Shown here piece by piece: positions 48,264 through 60,135 of a stretch of 64,000 bases of DNA. The position numbers and the translations under genes are program-made. The stretch covers positions 4,032,001 to 4,096,000 of the forward strand of contig OZ241917.1 of assembly GCA_965203805.1 (NCBI GenBank). The letters are read 5' to 3'. The notes beneath the pieces are model-generated. The model was not told the origin of the DNA and made no database searches. It saw nothing but the letters and a program-made list of their open reading frames with translations. This DNA is from Candidatus Latescibacterota bacterium (GTDB taxonomy: Bacteria > Latescibacterota > UBA2968 > GCA-2709665). The stretch's first letter is position 1. Every line of letters starts with the position of its first letter.

Positions 48264-50123
48264 TCAGTTCCCCGACACGTAATACAACACCGCAACCACG
48301 CCAATCACCATCCAGAGCGCATAAGTGGGCGCGTTGCCCGACTGAAAGCGGGTGACGACCCAACCCGATCCCTTCACCAGCAGGCCCAGCCCGTTCGCGA
48401 TCCCATCCACCACCATCGCATCGAGAATACGCGCCAGCGCCAGCGAGAGCAGATGAATCGGACGGACGACGAGGGCGTGGTAGATCTCGTCGACGTACCA
48501 CTTGCGAATCAGCAGACCGTGAAGGGAATTCGAGGACGCCGCTCCCAGCCGGCCGGCTCTGTGCATCCGGTACGCGAACCCGATTCCCAGTAGACCCGCG
48601 AGAATGGAAATGCCCACCAGCATCCCGCCGGACAGTCCGCCCGACGCGGTGTGCTGAGCCGCTCCTGCCGTATCGCTCAGGAACGCATCGATCCAGCCGT
48701 GCCCCGGCGGAACGCCCACGAATCCGACCAGGGCCGATCCCAGCGCCAGCACAACCAGCGGCGCCGTCATGTTGTAAGGAGACTCGTGAGCGTGTTCGTA
48801 CAGATGCCGATCGCGAGGTTGTCCATGGAAAGTCATAAAGACCAGCCGGAACATGTAAAACGCCGTAAGCACAGCGCCCGCGACACCCAGGACCCAGATC
48901 GCCACGTTACCGGAGCGGTACGCGCTCACCAGGATTTCGTCCTTGCTCCAGAAACCGGCCAGGGGCGGAATCCCCGCGATGGCGAGCGCACCGACCCAGA
49001 ACGTAGCGCCGGTCACCCGCATCTTGCCCAGCAGCCCGCCCATCTTACGCATATCCAGTTCGTCCTGCATCGCGTGCATCACACTGCCCGCGGCCAGAAA
49101 CATCAATCCTTTGAAGAACGCGTGCGTGAACAGGTGGAAAATCCCGGCCGTATATGCGCCAACGCCCACGCCAACGAACATGTACCCCAGCTGGCTGACG
49201 GTCGAATAGGCCAGCACCCGTTTGATGTCGGTATTCACCAGAGCGATGGTCGCCGCCAGCAGCGCCGTGGCAACGCCGACCCATGCCACCACGGTCCCCG
49301 CGGTAGGCGCGAGCGTATAAAGCACATTCGAGCGCGCCACCATATAGACGCCGGCCGTGACCATCGTGGCCGCGTGAATCAGGGAACTCACCGGCGTCGG
49401 GCCTTCCATTGCGTCGGGCAGCCAGACGTAGAGCGGAAACTGCGCCGACTTGCCGCAGGCGCCGACGAAAAGCAGAAGCGCGATCGCCGTTGCGACGCCC
49501 GTGGACAACATCAGCGGCGCCTTTTCGAATACCTCGGTGTAATGTACCGTGCCCAGGTAACTTACCATCAGAAAAATCCCGAGCAGGAAACCGAAATCTC
49601 CGATCCGGTTCACGATAAACGCTTTCTTGCCTGCATCCGAAGCGGACTTCCGCTCGTACCAGAAGCCGATCAGGAGATATGAACATAGACCAACGCCTTC
49701 CCATCCCACGAACATCAACAGATAATTGTTCGCGAGTACCAGCACCAGCATGGAAAACACAAACAGGTTCAGGTAGGCAAAGAATCGGGCGAATCCCGGG
49801 TCGTTGCGCATATATCCGAAAGAATAGACATGGATCAGGAACGAAATTGTCGTAACCGTCACAATCATGATGGTCGACAGGGCATCGACCTGGAACCCCA
49901 CGGCGGCCTTGAACGAACCTGCCGCAATCCATGTGTACACGTCTTCGTTCAATTCTCCGCCGCCCACCACCCAGAACAGAACGCGCAGGGACAGTACACA
50001 CGAAAGCCCCACCGCCGCGGCGCCGATAACCCCGGACGCCTCCCGCAGCCGGTACCCGAACAGTCCGTTTACGGCCGCACCGGCGAGCGGAAAGAGAATG
50101 ATCAGAATCACAACGGTCAACAT
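48264..50123 (-). CDS. nuoL: NADH-quinone oxidoreductase subunit L
   Basis: GWEGVGLCSY and GKSAQFPLYVWLPDAMEGPTPVS motifs; 619 aa. Confidence 0.96.
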   Translation of the reverse strand: MLTVVILIILFPLAGAAVNGLFGYRLREASGVIGAAAVGLSCVLSLRVLFWVVGGGELNEDVYTWIAAGSFKAAVGFQVDALSTIMIVTVTTISFLIHVYSFGYMRNDPGFARFFAYLNLFVFSMLVLVLANNYLLMFVGWEGVGLCSYLLIGFWYERKSASDAGKKAFIVNRIGDFGFLLGIFLMVSYLGTVHYTEVFEKAPLMLSTGVATAIALLLFVGACGKSAQFPLYVWLPDAMEGPTPVSSLIHAATMVTAGVYMVARSNVLYTLAPTAGTVVAWVGVATALLAATIALVNTDIKRVLAYSTVSQLGYMFVGVGVGAYTAGIFHLFTHAFFKGLMFLAAGSVMHAMQDELDMRKMGGLLGKMRVTGATFWVGALAIAGIPPLAGFWSKDEILVSAYRSGNVAIWVLGVAGAVLTAFYMFRLVFMTFHGQPRDRHLYEHAHESPYNMTAPLVVLALGSALVGFVGVPPGHGWIDAFLSDTAGAAQHTASGGLSGGMLVGISILAGLLGIGFAYRMHRAGRLGAASSNSLHGLLIRKWYVDEIYHALVVRPIHLLSLALARILDAMVVDGIANGLGLLVKGSGWVVTRFQSGNAPTYALWMVIGVVAVLYYVSGN

Positions 50124-50183
50124 CGCCAGCTCACTTTATTCGGACAGAAGAATCGCGGTCGTCGTCTCACCGTCCCGCGGCGC

Positions 50184-50495
50184 CTACCATTTCAGCAGAT
50201 TCACCTCGCCAACGTCCAATGTCTGTCTGTTCCTGTAAAGCGCAATGATAATCGCCAGCCCGACCGCAACTTCGGCGGCGGACACCGCCATCACGAAGAA
50301 TACGAACACCTGGCCGGAACCCGAACCCATATAACGCGCCATGGTCACGAACAGAAGATTGACCGCGTTCAGCATCAGCTCGATACACATGAATATCACG
50401 ATCGCATTGCGGCGAACCAGCACGCCAGTCACGCCGATCGCGAAAAGCATCGCGCTCAGGATCAGGTAATATGAAACCGGAACGGCCATCTCCAT
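50184..50495 (-). CDS. nuoK: NADH-quinone oxidoreductase subunit K
   Basis: IELMLNAVN and AAEVAVGLA motifs. Confidence 0.96.
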   Translation of the reverse strand: MEMAVPVSYYLILSAMLFAIGVTGVLVRRNAIVIFMCIELMLNAVNLLFVTMARYMGSGSGQVFVFFVMAVSAAEVAVGLAIIIALYRNRQTLDVGEVNLLKW

Positions 50496-50568
50496 CTCGC
50501 TGTCAAGAAACTGTTTTGGAATTCGTCATCCGGACACAACCCGGGACGGGAGCCTGCGCCCCGAGCCG

Positions 50569-51105
50569 CTAACGCGCCTGACGGGACCGGCTTTCTTCGC
50601 TTTCACGATCCCGTTTCACCATGACCATCACGCCGATCAGCGCGACCAGCAGAATCACGGAAACCACCTCGAAGGGAAACAGATACCTGGTGTAGAGCAG
50701 TTTGCCGATGGCATTGATGTTGTCCGTAAAAAGCGGCACCTCGTCGGATACCGGCGTGTCTGCCCAATGTCGTCCAGCCATGAAGCCGAGCTGCGCCACC
50801 AGTACCGCCGCCAGCAATACCACCGCGACCCGCCGATATTTGCCGGCCACGCGTTCGAGCGCGCCGGCATGGCCCAGGTTAAGAAGCATAATCACAAACA
50901 GGAAGAGTACCATAATTGCGCCGGCATAGACGATAATCTGCACCGCCGCGAGGAAATAGGCATTCAGCAAAACAAAAAGCCCCGCCAGGGCGAAGAACGC
51001 AGCCACAAGAGACAGGGCACTGTAAACCGGATTTCGAAACGCGACGAGGAGCACCCCCGCGGCGAGCGCGATTGCGGCGAAGACAAAAAAGAACGTCTGC
51101 TCCAT
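50569..51105 (-). CDS. nuoJ: NADH-quinone oxidoreductase subunit J
   Basis: QIIVYAGAIMVLFLFVIML and YLFPFE motifs. Confidence 0.96.
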   Translation of the reverse strand: MEQTFFFVFAAIALAAGVLLVAFRNPVYSALSLVAAFFALAGLFVLLNAYFLAAVQIIVYAGAIMVLFLFVIMLLNLGHAGALERVAGKYRRVAVVLLAAVLVAQLGFMAGRHWADTPVSDEVPLFTDNINAIGKLLYTRYLFPFEVVSVILLVALIGVMVMVKRDRESEESRSRQAR

Positions 51106-51127
51106 TCTCCCTCCCGCAAGGTGCGGC

Positions 51128-52168
51128 TCAACTCGCGAGCGTCAGATAAAGTCCCGTTAAGAAGACGTTTAGAAGCGCCAGCGGCAGCAGCACCTTCCAC
51201 CCCAACCACATGACCTGATCGTACCGAAAACGGGGAAGGGTCCAGCGCACCCACAGGAACAGGAACATGAAGAATCCGGTCTTGACCAGAAATGCGAGCA
51301 CCTTGAGCAGACTCGCGCCCATTGAGGTACTGCCGGGATCCACCAGCCATGGCATATGCCAGCCGCCGAAGAACAGGGTGGCGATGACGGCCGACGCCGT
51401 AATCATGTGAGCGTACTCGGCCATGAAGAACATGGCGAACTTCATGCTGCTGTACTCGGCGTGATATCCCGCCACCAGTTCCTGTTCGGATTCCGGCAGA
51501 TCGAACGGCAGCCTGTTGCTTTCCGCGAACGCGGCCGCGGTGAACAACACGAATCCCAGTGGCTGCGTGAACACGTTCCATCCCGGTAAAAACCCGAACA
51601 GCGTTCGCTCGGACTGCTGCCTGACGATATCGTCCAGTTGCAGTGTGCCCGCGGCCATGAGTACGCCGATCAGCGACAGCCCGAGCGCCAGTTCGTAGCT
51701 GATCATCTGGGCGGAAGCGCGCAACCCGCCCAGCAGGGCATACTTGTTGTTGGACGCCCACCCGCCGAGCACCACCCCGTAGACCCCCAGAGACGCCAGC
51801 GCCAGGAGGTAAAGGATGCCGACATTTATATCGGCGATCTGCAGCCGGACCTCACGGCCCCACAGGGTCATGGTATCGCCGAACGGTACGATGGCAAAAC
51901 CCATCAGCGCGGGGACGAGAATGGCGGGCGGCGCGGCCAGATAGACGAAACGGTTCACATGCCGGGGAATCACATCTTCCTTGAACAGGAATTTCAGTCC
52001 GTCGGCAAGCGGCTGCAGCAAACCCCAGGGCCCAACCCGGTTCGGGCCCAGCCGGTTCTGGATATACGCACTGATCTTCCGCTCGGCCAGAACAAGATAG
52101 GCAACCGCGCCCAGCATTCCGACGAATACCACAACGATCTTCACGACACTTTCAATCGCGTAATCCAT
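51128..52168 (-). CDS. nuoH: NADH-quinone oxidoreductase subunit H
   Basis: GPNRVGPWGLLQPLADGLK and PFDLPESEQELV motifs. Confidence 0.97.
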   Translation of the reverse strand: MDYAIESVVKIVVVFVGMLGAVAYLVLAERKISAYIQNRLGPNRVGPWGLLQPLADGLKFLFKEDVIPRHVNRFVYLAAPPAILVPALMGFAIVPFGDTMTLWGREVRLQIADINVGILYLLALASLGVYGVVLGGWASNNKYALLGGLRASAQMISYELALGLSLIGVLMAAGTLQLDDIVRQQSERTLFGFLPGWNVFTQPLGFVLFTAAAFAESNRLPFDLPESEQELVAGYHAEYSSMKFAMFFMAEYAHMITASAVIATLFFGGWHMPWLVDPGSTSMGASLLKVLAFLVKTGFFMFLFLWVRWTLPRFRYDQVMWLGWKVLLPLALLNVFLTGLYLTLAS

Positions 52169-52176
52169 AAACGCAT

Positions 52177-53793
52177 CTACGTTCCGGCTGCCTCGATCTC
52201 AACGAGTGGCTTTCCCTGGTCTCCCCCGTCATCGCAGTCCACTCCCTCAAAGGCCGCGACGGCGTTTTCCAGGTCGGCCATAACCGCTTCGATCCGGTCG
52301 TGTGCAGCGTCGACCCCCATCTCCCGGTTGACGTCCCGAAGGATCTCCCAGTCCGCACGCGCGTCGCCGACCGGCGCCAGGCCCCGGCGCACACGCTGCA
52401 CCCGTCCGTCGAAATTGGTAAACGTGCCGTCCTTCTCGATAAACGTCGCGCCGGGCAGGATCACGTCGGCCATCGCCGTCCAGCTGCGTGCCTGGATATC
52501 CTGAACGACCAGAAAGTCGAGGGTTGCCAGGGCCGTCTGTTCCTCCTCGGACAACGAAGCCAGAGGGTCGCCGCCTAGAAGGTAGAGACCCCGTATCCGC
52601 CCTTCCGCCACGCCACGCCAGATTTCCGAAGCCTCCCTGAGAGATAACCCCAACCCCTCGAGCACGGTCCGCGCGCCGCGTGAATTGGGAGACTTGTCCC
52701 CATGGATGGTGAATCCGCCCTTGAACACCACATCGCCCTCGTCGCTGAGTCTGGTGTGGACCGCGACGGGACCGCCCGCCAGCCCGTTCGAGAAGAGACT
52801 GCCGAAGAGATAGTGCTCTTCGTTGGTCAGGTGAGCCGACGCAATCCCCGCCACGGCGCCATCTCCGTATTCCGACCGAACGCGTTCGAATCCGGCCCTC
52901 GTCGCCTTCAGCGCGACGTCCCACAGCGCCAGTTCCTGCTCCTCGCCGCGTCCCAGCATCGGAAACAGCAGACGGTCGTCGGCATGCACGTAACCCCACC
53001 CGTGGCGTCCGTCGTCACACATCCAGTATTCGTTCACATCCGGATTCTCGCGCGGCACCAGTCGGTAGATCCGTTCATTGTTGTAATCGGCCCTGATGTT
53101 GCATCCCGTGCTGCATCCCGGGCAGATCGTGTCGACCGACTTCAGAAACCATACGCGCTGTTTGAAAAGAAACGATTTGTCCAGCAATGCGCCGACCGGG
53201 CAGATATCCACGGTATTGCCCGACAGTCGATTGTCCATCCTCGCCCCGGGGAACACGTCGATTTCGTTATAGACCCCCCGATTGAAGTACCCCAGCTCCC
53301 CCGTGCCGGAAATCTCGTCGCAGAACCGGATGCAGCGGGTGCACCGGATGCACCGGTCGGAATACAACAACACGTGCCTGCCGACGTCTTTCTTGGGCTG
53401 GACCAGCTTCTTCTCGTGGTACCGGCTCCTGTCGGACCCGTACGTGTAGCTGTAGTCCTGCAGTTCGCACTCGCCGGACTGATCGCACACCGGACAGTCC
53501 AGCGGATGATTCACCAGCAGGAATTCCATCACGGCATTCTGGTTTTCCTTGACGACGTCGGACTGCGTATCCACAACCATGCCATCGGCGGGCATGGCAG
53601 AGCAGGAAGGTCCGAGGCTGCGACGACCGCCCACGTCCATCTCTACAAGGCACATGCGGCAGTTTGCCGGTGCGCTGAGCCCCGGGTGGTAGCAATAGTG
53701 AGGGACGTATATCCCGTTGTCAATCGCCGTCTGGAGCACGTTCTTTCCAGGGACGATCTCAATTTCACTGCCATCGATCGTAAATGTCGCCAT
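52177..53793 (-). CDS. nuoG: NADH-quinone oxidoreductase subunit G (short, 538 aa)
   Basis: CYHPGL..ANCRMC (N1b), HPLDCPVCD..GEC (N5), CIRCTRC..CPVGAL (N4) and CPGCSTGC (N7) motifs. Confidence 0.93.
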   Translation of the reverse strand: MATFTIDGSEIEIVPGKNVLQTAIDNGIYVPHYCYHPGLSAPANCRMCLVEMDVGGRRSLGPSCSAMPADGMVVDTQSDVVKENQNAVMEFLLVNHPLDCPVCDQSGECELQDYSYTYGSDRSRYHEKKLVQPKKDVGRHVLLYSDRCIRCTRCIRFCDEISGTGELGYFNRGVYNEIDVFPGARMDNRLSGNTVDICPVGALLDKSFLFKQRVWFLKSVDTICPGCSTGCNIRADYNNERIYRLVPRENPDVNEYWMCDDGRHGWGYVHADDRLLFPMLGRGEEQELALWDVALKATRAGFERVRSEYGDGAVAGIASAHLTNEEHYLFGSLFSNGLAGGPVAVHTRLSDEGDVVFKGGFTIHGDKSPNSRGARTVLEGLGLSLREASEIWRGVAEGRIRGLYLLGGDPLASLSEEEQTALATLDFLVVQDIQARSWTAMADVILPGATFIEKDGTFTNFDGRVQRVRRGLAPVGDARADWEILRDVNREMGVDAAHDRIEAVMADLENAVAAFEGVDCDDGGDQGKPLVEIEAAGT

Positions 53794-53838
53794 CTTGATT
53801 TATCCCGGAACCCGAATGGATTTGTCCTGCCTGACGGG

Positions 53839-55137
<1,299 letters not shown>

Positions 55138-55158
55138 ACCCTGTCAAATCGACTGTTG

Positions 55159-55638
55159 TTACGCGGACCGGTCCAGCAGTTCGTCCAGCTTTTCCCGGGT
55201 CACGCAACGATGCAGTTCCTCGTTGATCAGAACGGCCGGCGCGCCTTCGCATGCCGCAATGCACTCCACCTTGGCCAGCGTGAACCGTCCGTCTCCGGTG
55301 GTTTCACCCACGTCTATTTTCAGTTTTTCCTTAAGGTGTTTCGTAAGCTCGCCGGCGCCGCAGAGCGCACAGGACAGCGTGCCGCAGACATGGATGACAA
55401 CCTCGCCCACGGGCGCCTTGTGGAACATGGGATAGAAGCTCATCACGCCCGCCGCATGGGCGGGCGGGATATCCAGCATGTTCGCCACGTATCTCAATCC
55501 TTCGAGGGAGATGTACCCCCACTCCTTCTGCGCCAGATGCAGAACCGGAAGAATTGCCGCCTTGCGCCATTCCTGCGGATAGTGCGTGACAATCTCCTCG
55601 CACTTCTTCAACGTCTCATCGGAAAGCGCGATCGCCAT
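55159..55638 (-). CDS. nuoE: NADH-quinone oxidoreductase subunit E
   Basis: VCGTLSC...ECIAAC 2Fe-2S ligands. Confidence 0.95.
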   Translation of the reverse strand: MAIALSDETLKKCEEIVTHYPQEWRKAAILPVLHLAQKEWGYISLEGLRYVANMLDIPPAHAAGVMSFYPMFHKAPVGEVVIHVCGTLSCALCGAGELTKHLKEKLKIDVGETTGDGRFTLAKVECIAACEGAPAVLINEELHRCVTREKLDELLDRSA

Positions 55639-55681
55639 ATTATAGTGTCCTGTCCTTCGAACGGTTCAAGTCCGCGGACTG

Positions 55682-57454
55682 TTACCGGTCCAACTCACCC
55701 GCAATTACATTGATGCTGCCCAGAATGGCCACCACGTCGGCCACCATATGCCCGTGCGCCAGTTTCGGAAAGCACTGGTAGTTCATAAACGAAGGGGGTC
55801 TTACCCTCAGCCGGTATGCGGCGCCGCTCCCGTCGCTGACGATATAGAAGCCCAATTCCCCGTTCGGACCCTCCGTAGCCAGGTAGATTTCTCCCGGGGG
55901 CGGCGCGATTCCGTGATGGTCCATCGTCACCTTGAAGTGGTGGATCAGCGACTCCATCCCGGTATACACGTCGTCTTTCTCGGGAAGAATCACCTTGGCG
56001 TCGTCGACCTTTACGGCGCCTCCGGGCAGGTTGTTCACCGCCTGTTCGATAATTCGGATGCTCTGATTCAGTTCCTCCATGCGGACCAGGTACCTGTCGT
56101 AGACGTCGCCCTTCTCGCCCACGGGAACGTCGAAGTCAAACGCTTCGTAACCCAGGTACGGTTCGGCCTTCCGCAAATCGTAGTTCACGCCGGAACCGCG
56201 AGCCATCGGACCCGTCAGATTCCACGCGATGGCGTCTTCGGCAGAGATAACGCCGATTCCCTTGGTACGGTCTATCCAGATCCTGTTGCGGGTCAGCAGC
56301 CTGTCGACCTCCCCGGCCGCCCTGGGGAATTGCGCCGTGAAGTCCGTGACCAGTTCGTGGAAATTGTCGGGCACATCCCACCCCAGCCCGCCGACCCGAG
56401 TATAGCTGGTGGTCAGGCGGGTGCCGGTGACGGCCTCGAATATATCGTACAGGCGTTCACGTTGTTCGAACGTGTAGAGGAAAACCGTCATCGCGCCGAT
56501 ATCCAGCGCATGCGTCCCCAGCCAGACCATGTGGTCCGCGATGCGGGAGAGTTCCGACAGAATGACACGGATACACACGGCGCGCGGCGGGACTTCCAGG
56601 CCCATCAGTTTTTCCACCGTCATCGCGTAACCGATGTTGTTGCACAACGGTGAAAGATAGTTCATCCGGTCCGTGACCGTGACCCACTGGTTGTAGGTAT
56701 GGTGTTCCCCCAGTTTTTCGAAGCCCGTATGCAGGTAGCCTATGTCCGGAAGACACCTGGAAATACGTTCGCCATCCAATTCGAGCGTGAGCCGCAGCGT
56801 CCCGTGGGTTGCCGGATGCTGGGGCCCCAGGTTCAGGACCATCCGCTCCGACGCCAGCGGGTCGTCGTCCGGTGCGTCGTCGTCCCCGAAGGGATTGCCC
56901 TCGAAACCGGGATCTTCCGGCGCGATAATGTCCCGCTCGCCCCGTCCATTGAGCGGGTAATCTTTCCTCAGCGGGTAGTACTGAAAGTTCACCGGCATCA
57001 ATATGCGCCGCAGGTCCGGATGGCCCTCGAACCGGATGCCGAACATATCGTAGACTTCGCGCTCCGGCCATTCTGCGCCTTTCCACAAGAAGCACGCGGA
57101 GGGGATCCCGCAGTTTTCTTCGCCTACCTTCGCCCGAAGCCGAAAGCGCTGGTTGTGAGGATGAGAATAGAGGTGATAGACCACATTGAACCGGACGTCA
57201 GGACGCGGCCCGGGATATTCGGAATAGTCGACGGCCGTCACATCGGACAATCGATCGTATTCCAGGCCCGGCTCATCCCGCAAAAAGGCCAGCACTTCCG
57301 AGACCCGGTCCGTATCGCAGACCGCCGTACAGTCGCCGCAGAATTCGGAAAACTCGAGGCCGTCTTCCCGGAACCGTTCCTTCAACTTTCTCGCTGTCAG
57401 GCTTTCTGCCGCCATGTCTGCCGCCGAAGTCCCGGATTTGTCTTCCTGGGCCAT
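55682..57454 (-). CDS. nuoCD: Fused NADH-quinone oxidoreductase subunit C/D
   Basis: EREVYDMFGI and PLRKDYP (C part); GPQHPATHG, DRMNY and GELDR (D part). Confidence 0.95.
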   Translation of the reverse strand: MAQEDKSGTSAADMAAESLTARKLKERFREDGLEFSEFCGDCTAVCDTDRVSEVLAFLRDEPGLEYDRLSDVTAVDYSEYPGPRPDVRFNVVYHLYSHPHNQRFRLRAKVGEENCGIPSACFLWKGAEWPEREVYDMFGIRFEGHPDLRRILMPVNFQYYPLRKDYPLNGRGERDIIAPEDPGFEGNPFGDDDAPDDDPLASERMVLNLGPQHPATHGTLRLTLELDGERISRCLPDIGYLHTGFEKLGEHHTYNQWVTVTDRMNYLSPLCNNIGYAMTVEKLMGLEVPPRAVCIRVILSELSRIADHMVWLGTHALDIGAMTVFLYTFEQRERLYDIFEAVTGTRLTTSYTRVGGLGWDVPDNFHELVTDFTAQFPRAAGEVDRLLTRNRIWIDRTKGIGVISAEDAIAWNLTGPMARGSGVNYDLRKAEPYLGYEAFDFDVPVGEKGDVYDRYLVRMEELNQSIRIIEQAVNNLPGGAVKVDDAKVILPEKDDVYTGMESLIHHFKVTMDHHGIAPPPGEIYLATEGPNGELGFYIVSDGSGAAYRLRVRPPSFMNYQCFPKLAHGHMVADVVAILGSINVIAGELDR

Positions 57455-57510
57455 GCGATTGCCCGTTCGTCAGTCGTGTATCGTCGATGTTTCAGACGCG
57501 CCGTCCGCGT

Positions 57511-57876
57511 TCAATCCCAATCCAGGCCGCCCTTCCGCCACACATACGCCAGGCCCAGCGCAAGAACGCCGAGGAATACCACCATTTCCGTAAAAATAAA
57601 GTTCCCCTGAGCCAGCATTTCCTTAAAGACAACGGCCCAGGGGTATAAAAACACGACTTCGATATCGAAGACGATAAACAGCATCGCCACAACGTAAAAT
57701 TTGACCGAAAACCGCAGTCTGGCATCGCCTACCGGAGGCACCCCCGATTCGTATGGCGACAATTTGACCGGATTGGGTCGGCGGGGCCCGAACAGATGCG
57801 TTAATAATAAACTGACGGCTGCAAACCCGACGGCCACCGCCATCAGAATAACAATCGGAAAATAATCGACCAGCAT
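57511..57876 (-). CDS. nuoA: NADH-quinone oxidoreductase subunit A
   Basis: PYESG and FIVFDIEVVFLYPWA motifs. Confidence 0.96.
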   Translation of the reverse strand: MLVDYFPIVILMAVAVGFAAVSLLLTHLFGPRRPNPVKLSPYESGVPPVGDARLRFSVKFYVVAMLFIVFDIEVVFLYPWAVVFKEMLAQGNFIFTEMVVFLGVLALGLAYVWRKGGLDWD

Positions 57877-57950
57877 CGTGCGTCTGGGCCTCCCACGTAC
57901 TCAAGTAGCGGTTCCGGAATGCCATTCATTCCGAGGCCCGCTTTTCGGCG

Positions 57951-57984
57951 GTGATAGTATATCACAAGGATTGTCAAATGTCAA
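57951..57984 (-). promoter_or_regulatory. Sigma70 promoter of the nuo-mrp operon with an overlapping palindrome
   Basis: TTGACA(57984-79)-17 bp-TATACT(57961-56) with extended TGn; GTGATA-GTA-TATCAC at 57951-57965. Confidence 0.75.
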
Positions 57985-58311
57985 GCCATTACCGAAGAAT
58001 CAACAGGCCCCGGCTGAAGCGTGATTTCAGGGCCCGATCCGATTCCGTATTCATTCCCGCCAGGCGCGATTTCGTTCCCGCAATCCAGGGCTCGAACGGG
58101 CGATTATCCGTTGACACCAACGGCCGCGTGGCTCATATTGTCCATAACGGCGCGGCCGGGTGGGGAACCCCGTTTCGCGACCGCTGAGAGTCAACCACGG
58201 ACGAACATTGCAATCCAGGCGCAGGGGTCCGGGGATCCGTGACCGGTTCAGCGTAACCGCAAGCGAACGGCGCCCCGGTACGGACCGCGACAATTCGACC
58301 AGAGAAACACC

Positions 58312-58890
58312 ATGTTTCGCAGGATTCTTTCTTCAATGTGCGCCAAATCACCTTCTCCGCCGCCGCCGCAGCTGGAAATGACAAGGGATACGCTGCAAGA
58401 CCTTCCGGAAATCCGGATCCCCGAAGGGTATGGGCTGCGGACGTACCGATCGGGCGACGAAGCCGGATGGTGCGCAATCATGGAGGGTAATGTCGGTCGG
58501 GACTGGACGCCTGACACCTGCCGTCAAAAACTCATTGACGACCCCCGCTTCCATCCGGAAAGTCTCTTTTTCGCAACCATCGATTCGCGGCTCGTCGGCT
58601 CCGCCTGCGCGTGGAGCCGGGATCTGACCGAACGCATCGTTGGGGAAGTGCACATGGTTGCCGTGCTGGAGGACCAGCGCGGGAAAGGCCTGGGCCACCT
58701 GGTCAACGCCGCTGTGCTTCATCGACTCAGAGACCTGGGCTATCGCCAGGCCCACCTGCTCACCGACGATTGGCGGGTACCGGCCATCAAGAGCTATCTC
58801 ACGGCAGGATTCCGGCCTCTGCATACCCACGACAGTCACGCGAAACGGTGGTCGGAGATCCTCGCCCGGCTCGGTACCCGGGGCGGATGA
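58312..58890 (+). CDS. GNAT-family acetyltransferase
   Basis: VAVLEDQRGKGLG and AIKSYLTAGF motifs. Confidence 0.88.
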   Translation: MFRRILSSMCAKSPSPPPPQLEMTRDTLQDLPEIRIPEGYGLRTYRSGDEAGWCAIMEGNVGRDWTPDTCRQKLIDDPRFHPESLFFATIDSRLVGSACAWSRDLTERIVGEVHMVAVLEDQRGKGLGHLVNAAVLHRLRDLGYRQAHLLTDDWRVPAIKSYLTAGFRPLHTHDSHAKRWSEILARLGTRGG

Positions 58891-58997
58891 AAGAAAAGAA
58901 ACGCCGGGACCCGCGGCGATTGCGCGTACGAAGATCCGGACGTCCGGACATTCAGATGCCGCGGGTACCGGCCTGTAGCAAGCGACAGGAGTCGAGT

Positions 58998-60065
58998 ATG
59001 AAGGCTGCCATTCTGCACAGACCGCTCAACCGAGTTTCCGTCGAAGACGTCGATATCGCCGCTCCCCGGCAGGGTGAAGTGCTCCTGGATATCGTGGGCG
59101 CGGGGGTCTGCCACAGCGATTATCATTACGTCGACGGACACGTTGCGCCTCGCGCGCTCCCCTGGGTGATGGGACATGAAGGCGCGGGCATCGTCCGGGA
59201 GACCGGCCCCGGTGTGACCGGTGTCAGCGTTGGCGACAAGATTATCCTCTCTCTGGACGCGATGTGCGGCCATTGCCGGAACTGCAGCCAGGGCAGTCCG
59301 GCGCTCTGCGAAACCCATCAGGGAGCGTTGCCGAGTCGCATTTCCAGGAACGGGACGACGTATTACCACGGCCGGCCCACCTACACGGAGCAGACCGTCG
59401 TATCGGCGGACGCGTGTGTGAAGGTTCCGGATCACACCGATCTCCGAAAGGCGTGTCTCATCAGCTGCGCGGTGATTACGGGTATCGGCGCCGTAGTGAA
59501 TCGCGCAAAGGTCGAAGCCGGCGCGACCATGGCCGTGTTCGGCTGCGGCGGGGTTGGTCTCAACGTTATCCAGGGCGGCGTGCTCGCATCGGCCGGCAAG
59601 ATCATCGCCGTGGACAAGGTGCCGTATAAACTGGAACTGGCCGAGCAGTTCGGCGCCACGCATATCGTCGATGCGGACCGGGAAGACGCCGTTCGGCGGA
59701 TCGTGGAGATTACCGGGGGCGGCGCGGATTACGCCTTCGAGGTGGTGGGATTCCCGGCGCTGGTTCGGCAGGCGTTCGCATCGGTCCGAACGAGCGGCAC
59801 CGCGGTTGTGGTCGGGGTACAGCCAACCGGCCAGGATATATCCGTTGACGGCGAGGACCTGTTGCGGGATCGCGCCGTGATGGGTTCGTGGCACGGCGCC
59901 GCCCGCGCCCGCGTGGATTTCCTCTGGATTCTGGATCTGTACCGGCAGGGGAAGATCAAGCTGGACGAGCTGATTTCCCGCTATCGACCACTGGATGAGA
60001 TCAATGAGGCGTTCGAAGACATGGTTCAGGGGAAGGTGGCGCGCACGGTGCTGGTTTTCGATTGA
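58998..60065 (+). CDS. Zn-dependent alcohol dehydrogenase (MDR superfamily)
   Basis: GVCHSD, GHEGAG, CGHCRNC..C and FGCGGVG motifs; start reassigned to ATG 58998 with RBS AGGAG. Confidence 0.93.
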   Translation: MKAAILHRPLNRVSVEDVDIAAPRQGEVLLDIVGAGVCHSDYHYVDGHVAPRALPWVMGHEGAGIVRETGPGVTGVSVGDKIILSLDAMCGHCRNCSQGSPALCETHQGALPSRISRNGTTYYHGRPTYTEQTVVSADACVKVPDHTDLRKACLISCAVITGIGAVVNRAKVEAGATMAVFGCGGVGLNVIQGGVLASAGKIIAVDKVPYKLELAEQFGATHIVDADREDAVRRIVEITGGGADYAFEVVGFPALVRQAFASVRTSGTAVVVGVQPTGQDISVDGEDLLRDRAVMGSWHGAARARVDFLWILDLYRQGKIKLDELISRYRPLDEINEAFEDMVQGKVARTVLVFD

Positions 60066-60135
60066 GGGGCTTTGCAGGCGTTTATTATGGGCCGACGTCA
60101 ATGAGTCGTTTATCACTTTCGATTAGGACTGAAAG

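Noticed and set aside
55682-57454. NuoCD as a NiFe-hydrogenase large subunit (which would explain the Mrp linkage as an Mbh/Ech-type complex)
   Set aside because: No N- or C-terminal CxxC nickel ligands; it ends GELDR and retains complex I quinone-site residues
58150-58260. Possible riboswitch/ncRNA upstream of the GNAT gene (GCTGAGAG plus pairing CGCTGA/TCAGCG and CACGGA/TCCGTG)
   Set aside because: Lacks the second conserved half of a TPP aptamer and matches no family I can identify; would need an Infernal/Rfam scan
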